A stretch of 64,000 bases of DNA from Paragordius varius (lineage: Eukaryota; Animalia; Nematomorpha). Each line of letters starts with the position of its first letter. Positions within the stretch are counted from its first letter, which is position 1. The notes beneath the pieces were generated by a model that was not told the DNA's origin, made no database searches, and saw only the letters and a list, made by a program, of their open reading frames with translations. A program made the translations under genes and the position numbers. The stretch spans positions 5,766,001 to 5,830,000 of the forward strand of contig OZ176054.1 of the NCBI GenBank assembly GCA_964247055.1, in the 5' to 3' direction. Below, in pieces: positions 24,541-39,790 of this stretch.

Positions 24541-25566
24541 TTTTAGATTGAAATTCTGAAGCGATCGAAATGTTCAGCATCATTGTATATAGAAAAGTGT
24601 TTTATCTTACACCGTTTTTAACCGTTTCCATCATGACTTAAAATAGTATGAACGCTTAATTTCGCTAAAAATAAAATTTTTAATAATGTATGATTTTTTC
24701 AAAAATATATTTTTAGTTTATATCAAAATTTAGCATATATTTAAAATTCTTATCGCTCAATACCAGCATTTTTGCGTTTATTTTAAGAGCTAGCTTATTT
24801 TAGAAGTGCAAACAAATATGCGATCTTCGGAGCCACATCTAATAATAATTAAAACTTATGAATATATTGTTTGCTTTTTATATTTTACTCATATTTTTTT
24901 GAATACGCCTCTAGCTTTTACCAAAACAATGTATTTAGAAAATTTGCTCGAATTTGCCATTTTCAGTTATGGACCACTTACCACAAAAGTGTAAATGATT
25001 TTTTTATATCACTCGTAAGGGCCAAAACCATAAGCAATATGATAATACTGATATATATCCTAAGAATATATATGTTTTATCAGCTTATTTTTATTTTGAG
25101 CAATATTTGATTATAAACAGGCCTGAGTTCCTCAAAAACCTCAATTTTAATCTGAGGACTGAAAAGAAGTTTTCGCAGCCCGAGGAATCCTTCGGACTTC
25201 TGGGGGGAGGGACAGCAAAATGATCCACATATGTGGATAATTTCGAAACATTATTTAATAGATATGATTTTATAGGAATTTTAAAACGGATCATTCATAC
25301 TATATTCTTTAATTGGGGAAACAAATTTATTTTTGTGGACTTGGTTTTTTTAAAAATGGCATTTTACGGAGGGAGGGGGTAAAAAGAGGGCCTAAATCAA
25401 AAAAGTGACTTGACTATGTTCGGCGCAATCGAAAATAAGTAAACAAAAATCATATTAATTGAATGGTCCAACACGTTCTCCGGAAAATTGTCTCAAAGAC
25501 ACGATTTTTGTGGACTTATGTTTTCAAAAAAAACCTTTTTTCAGGTGGCCCGAACTGGGGGGCTAT

Positions 25567-25704
25567 TTCAAAAAAAGGGCGAAGCTATTGTCGGGGCATT
25601 CATTAATGATTATATTTTTTCGAAGTTTGGATTTGAATGGGTCTACCGGTTTTCCGGTACCAGATCACAAAGCCAGCATTTTCCATTTTTATAAATATAT
25701 AGAT
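25567..25704. repeat. Dispersed repeat of about 140 bp shared with 52030-52166 (probably an internal piece of a DNA transposon)
   Basis: ttcaaaaaagggcgaa..ttgtcgggg.attcattaatgattatattt..ttggatttgaatgggtctaccggttt.ccgg..cagatcacaaagccagcattttccatttttataaatatatagat occurs at both loci. Confidence 0.9.
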
Positions 25705-25769
25705 AATGTGTGAGCTATCCGAATTTGGGACTCTAGAGGTTAGAGTTAAATAGTTTTGTTATTAACTTT

Positions 25770-26292
25770 TGGATAACACATTTATTTCAGTTATATGGGG
25801 GTACTCGGATACCCCAGGCTTGTTCAAATTTTAATATATCAAAAAATATTGAAATTATAACAATGGTAAAAGTTTGCACTTATATAACATTATTGATATA
25901 AATATTTTTCACAACTACCTGATATTACTTAGTAAAAGGTAAAAGGTTAATATTTAGCCATTATGACATATGTACACAAGTTAATATTAAAATAATGCAA
26001 AGTATACCACTTTTATGTTTATATTAATGTTATATGGGATTTTATTTAAATTACACTTAATTTTGGTCTTATCAAATAAACACGATAATTTGCAAAAACG
26101 TTGTGAAATAAAAATGGCGTTGGAATACGGGACTTATTTTCAAAACTAATTATTTAATTTTGGCTTAATTATATAATTTTTAAAAATAGCAGCAAAAATT
26201 TAAATTGAAACCGTTTCTTTCTATATTTTTTTTAAAAATATTAACGTATATTTTGTATGGGGTATTTAGATCCAGTTTGGCTTTAAGTATTA
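25770..26292 (+). mobile_element. Old, degenerate copy of the piggyBac-type MITE family
   Basis: Retains gggggtactcggataccccaggc, aaaatggcgt and ggggtatttagat..aagtattaa landmarks in the family order. Confidence 0.6.
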
Positions 26293-26364
26293 ATACAGGA
26301 GGAATGGTTTCAATGTTAAATTTTAACCAGTCCACAGTGAGAAATACCTCAAAATGACATAGCG

Positions 26365-29300
26365 CAGTGGTACTCACCCAAAAAAATTTGACGGGCCAAA
26401 TAAAATATATTTTTTTTTCGAGGGCCATGAACTGGCAAATATTCCATAGCTATTTAACACATATGCACATATTTATACCCTATATATCACAATGAATTGC
26501 GGATCGCATGTAAATCCAGCTAAAAACTGGTTTACCATTTAGTTTAAAAAATTAAAATATTTTGAATATTAACCAATATTTTTTGACAAATTTGGTTTCA
26601 CCTCATGACAGGCCAATCTTAATACGTCGTCCATATGATCATCGGTTAAGCAGTTTCTGTATGTATTCTTGACATATTTTATTTTTGAATATGACGTCTC
26701 GCACGTATAAGTTGAGGGAAAAAGAGTTAGGATAACCACATTTTTTTATATTTTCATATTTATTTGGCACATCTTGCCAAAACTCTACATATCTTTCTTC
26801 TTACGATTCTCTTTGAATATCCAAATTGGAATTTTTAAAACCTACGAAGTCTTCAATGATATGCGCCTGATCAAAACCGAAACGCTCAAGTTATTTAATA
26901 TTGAATACATCGATATGCCATGGATTTTCAACGTAGCAATTTTTAATATATCTTAATTTTTGAAATCTGAATGATATCTCATTAGATAAATGTTAGATGA
27001 TCTATTATTAAATTAATCTCCGCGGTCAATATTTTTGTCATGAATTTTAAGTGTTGGAAAATATAGGAGGGTTTAATTTATAAAATCTAGTTTATATTAT
27101 TAATTTTTAAAAGATATTTCATTAGCAAATTGGGTTATTTTTTTGCTTCTTTGATGAAGTATTAAAAAAGTTTATAAGTAATGTCGCAAAGGTAGGTAGG
27201 CTAATAAAACCCACCATGTGTCACTATTAATTTCCTCGTCAAACTTTCTGTTATCTATAAATAATATAATTTCATGTCTTAAAACAAATCTATTTAATAC
27301 TTTGCTAAGGCTTAGCCATCTCACAACGGTGTACAAAAGAATATAATCAGACTCATTGTGGTGATCTTTCAGAAGGTTTTTAAATTTACGGCGGTTGAAT
27401 TCTCTGCCACGGATGTGGTTAACTATATCCACAATATTTTAATTACTGAATTGAGTGATTCATCTTTAACATGCGAAATCAAGTTTGATGAATAAAGCAG
27501 TGAAAGGATAAAATATTTTGTAATTTATATTTGTTTTTCAAAAGAGGAATAATTCCTTCGGATATTATAATCATAGAGGGACAACAATCTGTGCATATCG
27601 AAACCAATTTTTCATAGATATACCATTATTATCGAAAAAAGTATTAGTTATTTCGAGAAAATAACTTCCTTTCGTGGTATTATTCATTGGTAATAATTTT
27701 AAGTATTTATCGTTGATTATGTTGTCGTTGCAAAATCTTACGAAGCGCATATTGAGGTGTTGTACTAATATCAGTCTAGAATCAATAGCATTACTAAAAT
27801 ATTTGCAGTTTTTCAGAGCCAATAATGTATTGTTAAAAATATATTTAGACATATCTTTAATGCGTCAAGCACATGTTGCAGAAAGTTGAAGTTTTTTAAT
27901 TTGCCTCATGATTTGATCTTTATATGGAATTTATCAAATAAAAAAGTGCAACCATTTATTAGATATTTTAGTTGGGAACCAGTAAACGGTTTCATATTTT
28001 TTCCTAGCATATAACAAATTTCATACGAAGCTAATTATACAACTTTTTCCTGGGAGATAGCTATGGACATAATAGATTTTCCTTTCTGGTATAATTCCTT
28101 AATCTTTTTATATTTTTCGTTTTTCCTCATGATTTCCTGGTAATTTATGAGAAAAATGGATTGTAAAATTCTTTCAATATTGTATTTTTATAATTATGTT
28201 GTCCTTACACATAAGGCAGGTAACAACATTTTTATTTTAAACGACAAAGAATTTTTTCCCATTCTTTTTTAAAGGGCGATTTTCATCGAATAATTTACGT
28301 TTTTTAGCATTAGAAGTCATCCTTTGAAATTATGTTTAAATATTTTGTAAATTTTTCAAAAAATAGGAATTAATTTAAATTACGCTATAAAAAAACAAGT
28401 TGAAATTTAACACTTCGATTCAAATTGGGGTATCTAAATACCCCAGGCTAAATTTAAATTAATATTTTTAAAAAAATACTGAAGGAAACGGTCCCAATTT
28501 AAATTTATGCTTCTATCCTGATAACTATTATATAAAGATGCCAAAATATCTTGATAAAATATTGTTTTGAAAAAAAAGCTCTATCTCAAACTACTTCGAC
28601 GCCATTTTTATTTTACAAAATTTTTGAAAAATATAGTCTTTATTTAATTTTAAGGGTAAAACTAAAACTTATTTTTTATATAAATTATATCTAACATTGA
28701 TAGAAATAGAAAAAGCAGTGTAGTTTGTATATTTTTTCAATTTTACAATTTGACACATGTCACGTAGACGAAATTTTTACCTTTAGGATTTAGTTTAAAA
28801 TAAGTAATATCACGTATTTTTGAATAAAATCTTTTGTATATTTTGGTTTATTTATGTTATATAAGTGCAAAATTTTGCCATGGTTTCGATTCCTTCCATA
28901 CTTTTTAAAGTATTTGATTTTAAACAGACCTGGGGTATCCAACTACCCCAATTTGAATCGAGGGAATAAAATGAGTGTGCTGTATCCAAGTGTTAATGAT
29001 GTTTATTTGAAAAATATTTTATGGGAATGAGTTATACAAAATGAGGCAGGATAGCTATGAAAAGAATATATATATGCAAGTTTGGGTGAAAGGCTTGCTT
29101 AAATACAAAAAAGGAATGCAATAAAAATTTGAAAATAGAAAAGAACATACAGAAACAGAAACAACGTATGCCAAAATTTTGAAATTATTTAAATGTAGGG
29201 ATATTTTTCTCTATTTCAAATTAATAAAAACTACCAAAATTAAATCTAAAGAAAATAAATATTAAAATAATCGAAAATTCGTTTATGTGTTAAAAAAATA

Positions 29301-29386
29301 ATATAAGTATCAATATGGTCATAGGGCAATTTTAAAGCACTCTTAGGGCCGCATGCGGCCCGCGGCCCGCGGTTTGAGTATCACTG
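26365..29386 (-). mobile_element. hAT DNA transposon (Charlie/SPIN/Buster type) with decayed transposase
   Basis: TIRs CAGTGGTACTCA (26365) and TGAGTATCACTG (ending 29386); exact 8-bp TSD ACATAGCG at 26357-26364 and 29387-29394; subterminal gggccgcatgcggcccgcggcccgcgg. Transposase fragments FNRRKFKNLL..LLYTVVRWLSLSKVLNRF (27172-27432) and FSNAIDS..LLPMNNTTKG (27571-27852). Confidence 0.93.
28411..28992 (-). mobile_element. piggyBac-type MITE nested inside the hAT element
   Basis: TTAA|CACTTCGATTCAAATTGGGGTATC ... GTATCCAAGTG|TTAA (TTAA at 28407-28410 and 28993-28996). Confidence 0.88.
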
Positions 29387-29766
29387 ACATAGCGTATTAA
29401 AAATAAAAATGTAATGAAGTGTTAAAAAGATCACACAAAAAAATGGTAGCGAAAAAATATTAAATCAAAATGCGCATAAAGGGATAGAATACTCTCGAAT
29501 TTGGCCCAATACTTCATGTTAAATTTGATGGTTTTGGGTTTTAATTTAACTTAAAAATAAAGATGTGTTAATTACGCAACGCACACATAACAAAATATAT
29601 TTATTTCCCTTTTTGTAATTCTAATTTTTGCTTATGTCCAAAAATTATTTATTTTTTGTTTAGGCTTATAGAAATTAAAAATAATTCGAGTACCCTACTT
29701 TTTATAGTGGTGTAAAAACCGAACTTCTATAAACATACCTCCTTAGCGGTGTTATATTACGCGTGA

Positions 29767-32706
<2,940 letters not shown>

Positions 32707-33018
32707 TGTGATCTCATTTAATTATAATTGATAAATATTATTTTATATTAATAGACACAAATTTATTAATATTTATCCCTGATCTTTAATTTGTGGAATG
32801 ACTATTTTTATTGTATATTTTACCGCAGCCTTATCTTTACTGATCGCGTATATTTTGAATTTTAACTAACATTTTAAAATGTACGATGATAAACTGTTTA
32901 TTTAATAGGTAATCCTCTTCAAAGATATTTAAAACAATCATATAAAAAGGTATTTTATATTTTCGATTTGTATCGATGTTAATATAAACCAACAATAATT
33001 TATTAATTAAATAATAAC

Positions 33019-36000
33019 TCAATAATTCATTTGATCAATAGCGTTTACATTTGCCTCTGAAGTTGTATCCAAAATAGGTTCCATAGCATTTTGTGTTTCG
33101 TTTTGATGAAAATAGGCGATATGTTCATGTAAAGTTTGATTAGCGTTAAACACCTTTTATATATTAAAAACAATATTGTTATATATCAGTGTAATGAATA
33201 TTATTTAATTTCATAATAATTCTAGTAAAAATCATTTGAAACTTAATATATACTATGTTTACTAGCTTTTTCAGTGAATAAAAGAAAAATTTAAAATCAA
33301 AAATTACCAATAAAAGTTCTGAAAAATGAACTGATTGATTTATAAAAATTAGTTTACTTTGCCACAAAATTCGCAAAGATGCGATTTATTGACATCTCCA
33401 TTTAACGTGTTTGAAGCATTTGTTTCCAAAATGCCGCTTTGTGCCAGCATATTTTCAACGCTATCACCAGTTTTCTAAAATGTTTATTTAATATTTTTAG
33501 TGTATATTATACATTAATTTTTCGTTTATATATAGGTGTATTTTTATGTTTGACAAAGATAACTTGTGGTATAATTGAAAATTCACTTTAAATAAATTTG
33601 TAAATAAATTTAATTGGAAAAACACTAAATTAAAATAATGATAATTAAAGCATTAGCCAATTGATTTAAAATTAATATATTCTGAAAAAAGGGAGAAATT
33701 TCCCATATAATTTAATATAAAATTGCAAGCTGCGTTTTGTTGTCATCCGTGGGTAGTACATCAAAAAAATGTTTTAATTTTTCAAAATAATTCTGATTTT
33801 CTTTATTACATATTTACTTTACAAGAGATTTCTAGGAATCACGAGAATATTTTTACTGATCTCATAAAGATTCATTTCAATTATAAGGTTTAAATTGAAA
33901 ACCAAATTACATTGAATATGTTTGAGGGGGTAACAGGTAAAATTTTGCTGTTTCCCAATGAATCCACAAATGATTCAGTATAACTAAGCAACGACGATTG
34001 ATCATTATTTGTAATGTCGTAATCTGAAATATATAGATAATAATAATAATAATAATAGCTAATTTAACCATTTTATTCCCAAAAAACGGTTTTAAAAAAT
34101 GAATGATGAAATATTTTACGAGATTCTACGGAGGTAGAAGTGGTAGGAGCTAAGAAATTATGGTCGGTAATACTAAAGTTTTTGCCCATTTTTCGTAAAT
34201 GATGTTGTTGCAATGAATCCAAATGTGCTTTATGAGTCGCAGCTCCCAACGTATTATTTAATGCGGCCAGGTTTGATATGATAATATTCGATGTATTACC
34301 TCCTTAAACAAATTTATATGATCATTTAAGCCGTTTTTTACGGTAAAAATTGAAATAATACAGGCAAAACGTAAAAATTAAAAGGCAACATTATTTTCTA
34401 AAAGACAAACATATATATCAAATATTTATCATTTGGTTAGCGAAATAGAAATTAAATACGTGGATTGGTAAAACACTCGATTATATAATTTTAAAATGTA
34501 ATTTTATGGTTTATGTAAATATAGGTTTAGAAAATTATGGCTGTCTTTTGAAAAAAATACTTGTGTTTTTGCTTTTATGTTTTACCTATAATTCAATTTT
34601 TATTGTATAAATATGCATGGCAAAAAAATGATGCGAACGGAATAATTTAAATGATTAATTCCATCAAAAACGTTGAAAACTTTTACTTTCGTTTAATAGC
34701 TGTTCAATAGGTATAGTTGTGTATTGGACACTTCCGTCTTGATTGGTTTGATTTTGAACCAATTCAGCCAACATTTCAGTTTCAAGAGTTCCTGTATTAA
34801 CAAAAAGGTAAAAATAAAATTAAAAATTAAGGCAATTATATAAGTATTTTCAAAAAGCGATTCGACATAACTATAAAAAAATATTTGAACAAAGCCAATC
34901 AATATATGTTGAATCCCTATGTATTTGCACATATTAGTTAACCTAACATATGAAATTAAATATGAAATATATATAGTATAAAAACCTTGATCGATTATTA
35001 AATTATTATGAATTTCATGCGGCAAGCTAATTATAGTTTGAGGATCAATGGAAGATTCTAAAAGAAATATAAATGATTACCTAATAATCAAATGAATTTT
35101 TAAAAAATTGGCATTTCCAAAGCAACATCTATTACTAGAGATATCAGAGTTTCATGTAGGAATAAGGTCAAAAAATTTTAAGCGTCAACAATTATTAAAA
35201 GCGTTCATTGGGTTAAACTATATTAGTTTAGCATGAACTTTTTAATAATGATAGGTTTAATTAATTTATTTTTTTGGTTAAAACGATTAAATCAAATGCC
35301 AATTAATATGGAGTCATAGAATTAGATATATTTTTTTAAGAAAATTCATACATTAAAAGATAAATGGAACTCGCTGATGAAACCTTATCTCCATTTTATA
35401 TTTTAAATTAAAAAAAATTCATGAAATAAATTCTAAAGATGCGAATCGAATCCCTCACATATTCTAGTTATAAAAAATTATTGTAACCATTAATAAATTG
35501 TATTTCCCCATCGCTCGTTAACATTATTTTTTGCATAGATTCTTCATCGTTTACATTATTATTATTGTTATTGTGGTTAATAGTTGTATTTGTATTATTA
35601 GTATTTGAATTGGTGGGTAGGACATCACAACATTCGTTATTGGTTAAGTAATTGATAGATTGATTCGTTTCAGTAGCAGCTGTCACAGAATCAAGCAAAG
35701 CGGTATTAACCGAAAAATTTGACATGTTCCCTTGTTGTAAAAATTGGTGAGTTTTTGTCGTCTCCTCTGATCGAGATAATGGTGTAGTGTTAAAAGATGA
35801 TGGTGATAATAACTCATTTTTTTGCAATAATGGCACTCCTGCTTGTTCTGCATTCAAAAGTTCAGTGGATGATGATGCAGCATCTACAGTATTTAGTATG
35901 AGAGTTTGACCAAAAGCTACATGCCCGTAATGAACTTCTTTCAAGTGCTTAATCAAATCCTTTTTACGGCCAAACCTACGATAAATATGATATAATATAT

Positions 36001-37238
36001 TAATTTTTGGCCAAAAAATATCTTTAATATTTTCAAAATCAAATTGTTTAATTACGAACTAAAAGCTTTCTAAAACGTTACGGTAAATATACCATTTTTA
36101 CTTCAAGAGTGTCCTACACTTCAAGTCGGTCCTTAAAATTTCAAGTTGGTCCTTGTAAATTTTTATATTTTAGTTTAAACATAATTTTTGCATGTATTTT
36201 TTTATTAACTTTATTTTCTTTTTTTATTATATATTTATTCATTTAAAAATAAAAAATTTTGTTCAAATACTCTTTTTATCAAACTATTTTTTTTCAAATT
36301 TAACAAAAATTATTGACTTTTAAATGTTATCAATGAAAAATTGTAAAGAATAACTCAGAAAACTTATATATTTTTTAAATAGGTGTTAAAATATAAATAT
36401 CTAATAAATTTTAAAAAATTAATAAAAATATACGTCTCAATGATTAAAAGTTGATGTTGATTTAAATAAATAGGTTAAAAACAATAATATAGATGACTGA
36501 TTTACTATTTGATTGATAAAAGTTAAAAACAAAACAAAAAAGTCAAATGACCAACTTGAATGTTTAAGGACCAACTTTAAGTTCTCGAGGACCAACTTAA
36601 AGTGTTCAAGGACACTCTTAAAGTGCAAATGGTATTTTTGTTTCAAATCATATATAAATAGTAGTTTTTGACTTATAGTTTCATGGAATTATCGTTGTTT
36701 GAAGTTATTTTAATTGGTAAACTAAACCATCATAAAATATTTAACGGCAAATAAAACGCTATCTTGATGCACATCAATTTCAAATAAAAAAATTGGCCTG
36801 TATAAATATCCGTCCAAACTATTATATCGCTCAATTAATTTAATAAACAATAATTAAATAACAACTTAAACTCCATCTTTTATAACATTATAAAATTATA
36901 ACTTATTACGGATAATTTTTAAGCTTTTATAATTATGTTTTTTATGTATTTAATATGAAAAAGTAAATGTAAACGGTGATACCCAATATTAATAATAATA
37001 CAAATTTAAGTAACTAAATATAATTGTCATCTTGCTTGCTTAAATTTAAAATGCTTCTAATTTTAAAAATCAGTTGGAAAATAACTGACCGGACTATAGA
37101 AGTTTGGCGAATTCGCAATAATCTTTCACGAAGGTCAGGATCTTTGATAAAAGATGAATTGGTAGGATCATCAGATGATTCAAGACATGGTTTTACTGTA
37201 AGCGTTGGTGGCATCGAATCTAAACAAATCAGTTTTGT

Positions 37239-37293
<55 letters not shown>

Positions 37294-39731
37294 TAATGAT
37301 GCGGAAAATGCAATGGAAAAAGAAAATTTTATTATATAAAATAGCTTTTCCATGATAATCCCATCGACATAATGAACTTTTTTAATAGAACGGCCATGCG
37401 TTTTAGATGTTATGATACAAGCGTTAAAATTTGCGCGTAAGTTCCTACAAACTAACTAATCTGTCAGTGTTTATAGCCACTATAGCAAGCCAAAATCAAT
37501 AGGCTAAAAAATAATTTATGAGGAAAGATTACCACTGTATAAAATGCAAAGTATTACCTTCAAAATTTTCAGATTTGATTCGACTTTTGATGATGGAATC
37601 GTCTCGATTTTTGCGCAAACTAACACGATTCATGGATCCACTCAAGAGTTTGGATGTAACCGTGTCAGAAAGGAAAGCATTAGTGGGGTATTTTGCAGTT
37701 TCCAGCATTTCTGCCGACAAATTTTCTATGAGGTTAGACGTGATAGTTGCAAGTAATTTATCTTCTTTATTAATGGTGTTGGCATAGGAATCGCCATCAT
37801 CATCATAATATGGATCATTAAGGTATTGATTATCTATGGTCGTTAAATGTGTTTTAATAATATGTCCTGACTTTGAAGATTTAATAGATATTTTTTTTTG
37901 AAAATCATACTTTAATAATAAAAAATTGATTTTAAATTTTTTGACAAATATAATCAAAAAGCATTATTCAAGGCATAACTTCCATATATTCATCTGCAAT
38001 ATCACGTTAAAAAATTGACCATTTTATGAAAACTCTAACATTTTCTAATCACGATTCAATTTTTAATGTATATAAGGGAAAAAATATATAATAATAATGA
38101 TAACAGGAAAGCATAATTAATAAACGAGCTAATGAAATTTACTAATATAATTATATTTTATATAAAGTTTTACCCATGGTCGGAAGGTTATTATTACTGT
38201 TATTGTTCAAAAGTGTCGAATCAATATGAGAACTAGCTATTAAAGTGGAATTTGCATTGAGTTGGTCTTTCAAAGACATTTCATTACTCGAATTTATATT
38301 TGAACCAGATTCATTATTGTCATGAATAGATTTTTGTCCACTTAGCATATTTCGGTTTCTATTATTCATCCATATTCACATAATTTTAAATAAAATAATT
38401 ATAAAAAAACGTTAATACAAATAGGGGGTAGTCCAGTGCCCTTAACATTAAACAGTGGTACTACCTAAAAAAAACATCTGTATATGTCTCTCTTATATTT
38501 ATAATTATAGCTATTTAGTTAGAGTGTGATATAATAGTAATATATGAGGGGAAAAAATAATACAATTACTTATATGTTTACTATTCGCTTAAATTTATAA
38601 TCAAGCATTGATAGCAAAATATATATAAGCGTATATTTAACTTTATTAGCGCCAAATATTTTCCTCAAAATTAATGGTTAAATTAAGCGTTTTTTACATA
38701 TTAAAAATTATTATAATAAAATAAAAATATTTACATATATGCTATTCCTCATTCCGACAGTTAAAGTTGCTGTTTTTCAAATATTGCTTTCAAAACTTAC
38801 ATATTCATATAATTTAATGTCGAATTAGGCTCTTTTATAGTTAACTTGCCAATATAACAAAATGATTTAAATAACTTTAATTTTACTTAATATCCGACAA
38901 AATGGCCGAAAACGGAGAATCATCAGGTATAAAATCAAGTTCATCGCCAATGGCTAAAGCTTCTGGTGGAGTACAAATGTAGCACACATATTTGGGGACT
39001 CGAACGAAATTCGGATCTCGGTGGTAGTTTAAATCAAACAAATGCTTTTCCAAACGAGATTTCAGGGCAAACCTAAAAATATTAGTTGCATATAATGCCC
39101 ATTTTTTATAGTCAAACCTCTTTTTGTGGACAATACGGGACCAAACAAAAAACAATTCACAAAAAACGCATTTTTAAATTCAGATACTATGGTAAATATT
39201 ATAGTATACATTAATGGTTGCTTATTTAACACTATAGTTTGTCAATTTACCACACAGTAGTGTATGGGAAAGCGAAAAAATGTTGAATAAACAATTTTTT
39301 CCTTTCTTAAATTTCTATGTTTTTTGTTGTTTTTCCATACATTAGTGTGTTGCAAATGGCCCAACTATAGTAAGAAAATACCTTTTGAGGGAAATTAAAA
39401 TATACTATTATAACTTAGAAGAAATAATCGAATTTTTTGAGGCTAAAAACGTGTATTTTTAGGAATTTTTAAATCTGTTATTTGAGTTGATATATACATT
39501 ATAAAAATATTTACATTTTAAGGACGTGTTTGATAATCGATTTCATATGTATGAAAAACGAGTTTTAACGCAATGATTTTTGGAACTTATATATAATAAA
39601 AAAGTGATGAAACAAAATGGTATTCAAAAAATTTATAGTTTTAAAATGATCTTGTACAAAATCAATCGTATTTTGCACGGATAGCAAAAAATCCGCAAAA
39701 AAATTTGACTGTAGATATAACCGCTTAAAGG

Positions 39732-39790
<59 letters not shown>

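Noticed and set aside
38151-38369. Independent gene starting MNNRNRNML nested in the zinc-finger locus
   Set aside because: All flanking splice phases are compatible with one continuous zinc-finger gene; kept only as an alternative hypothesis.
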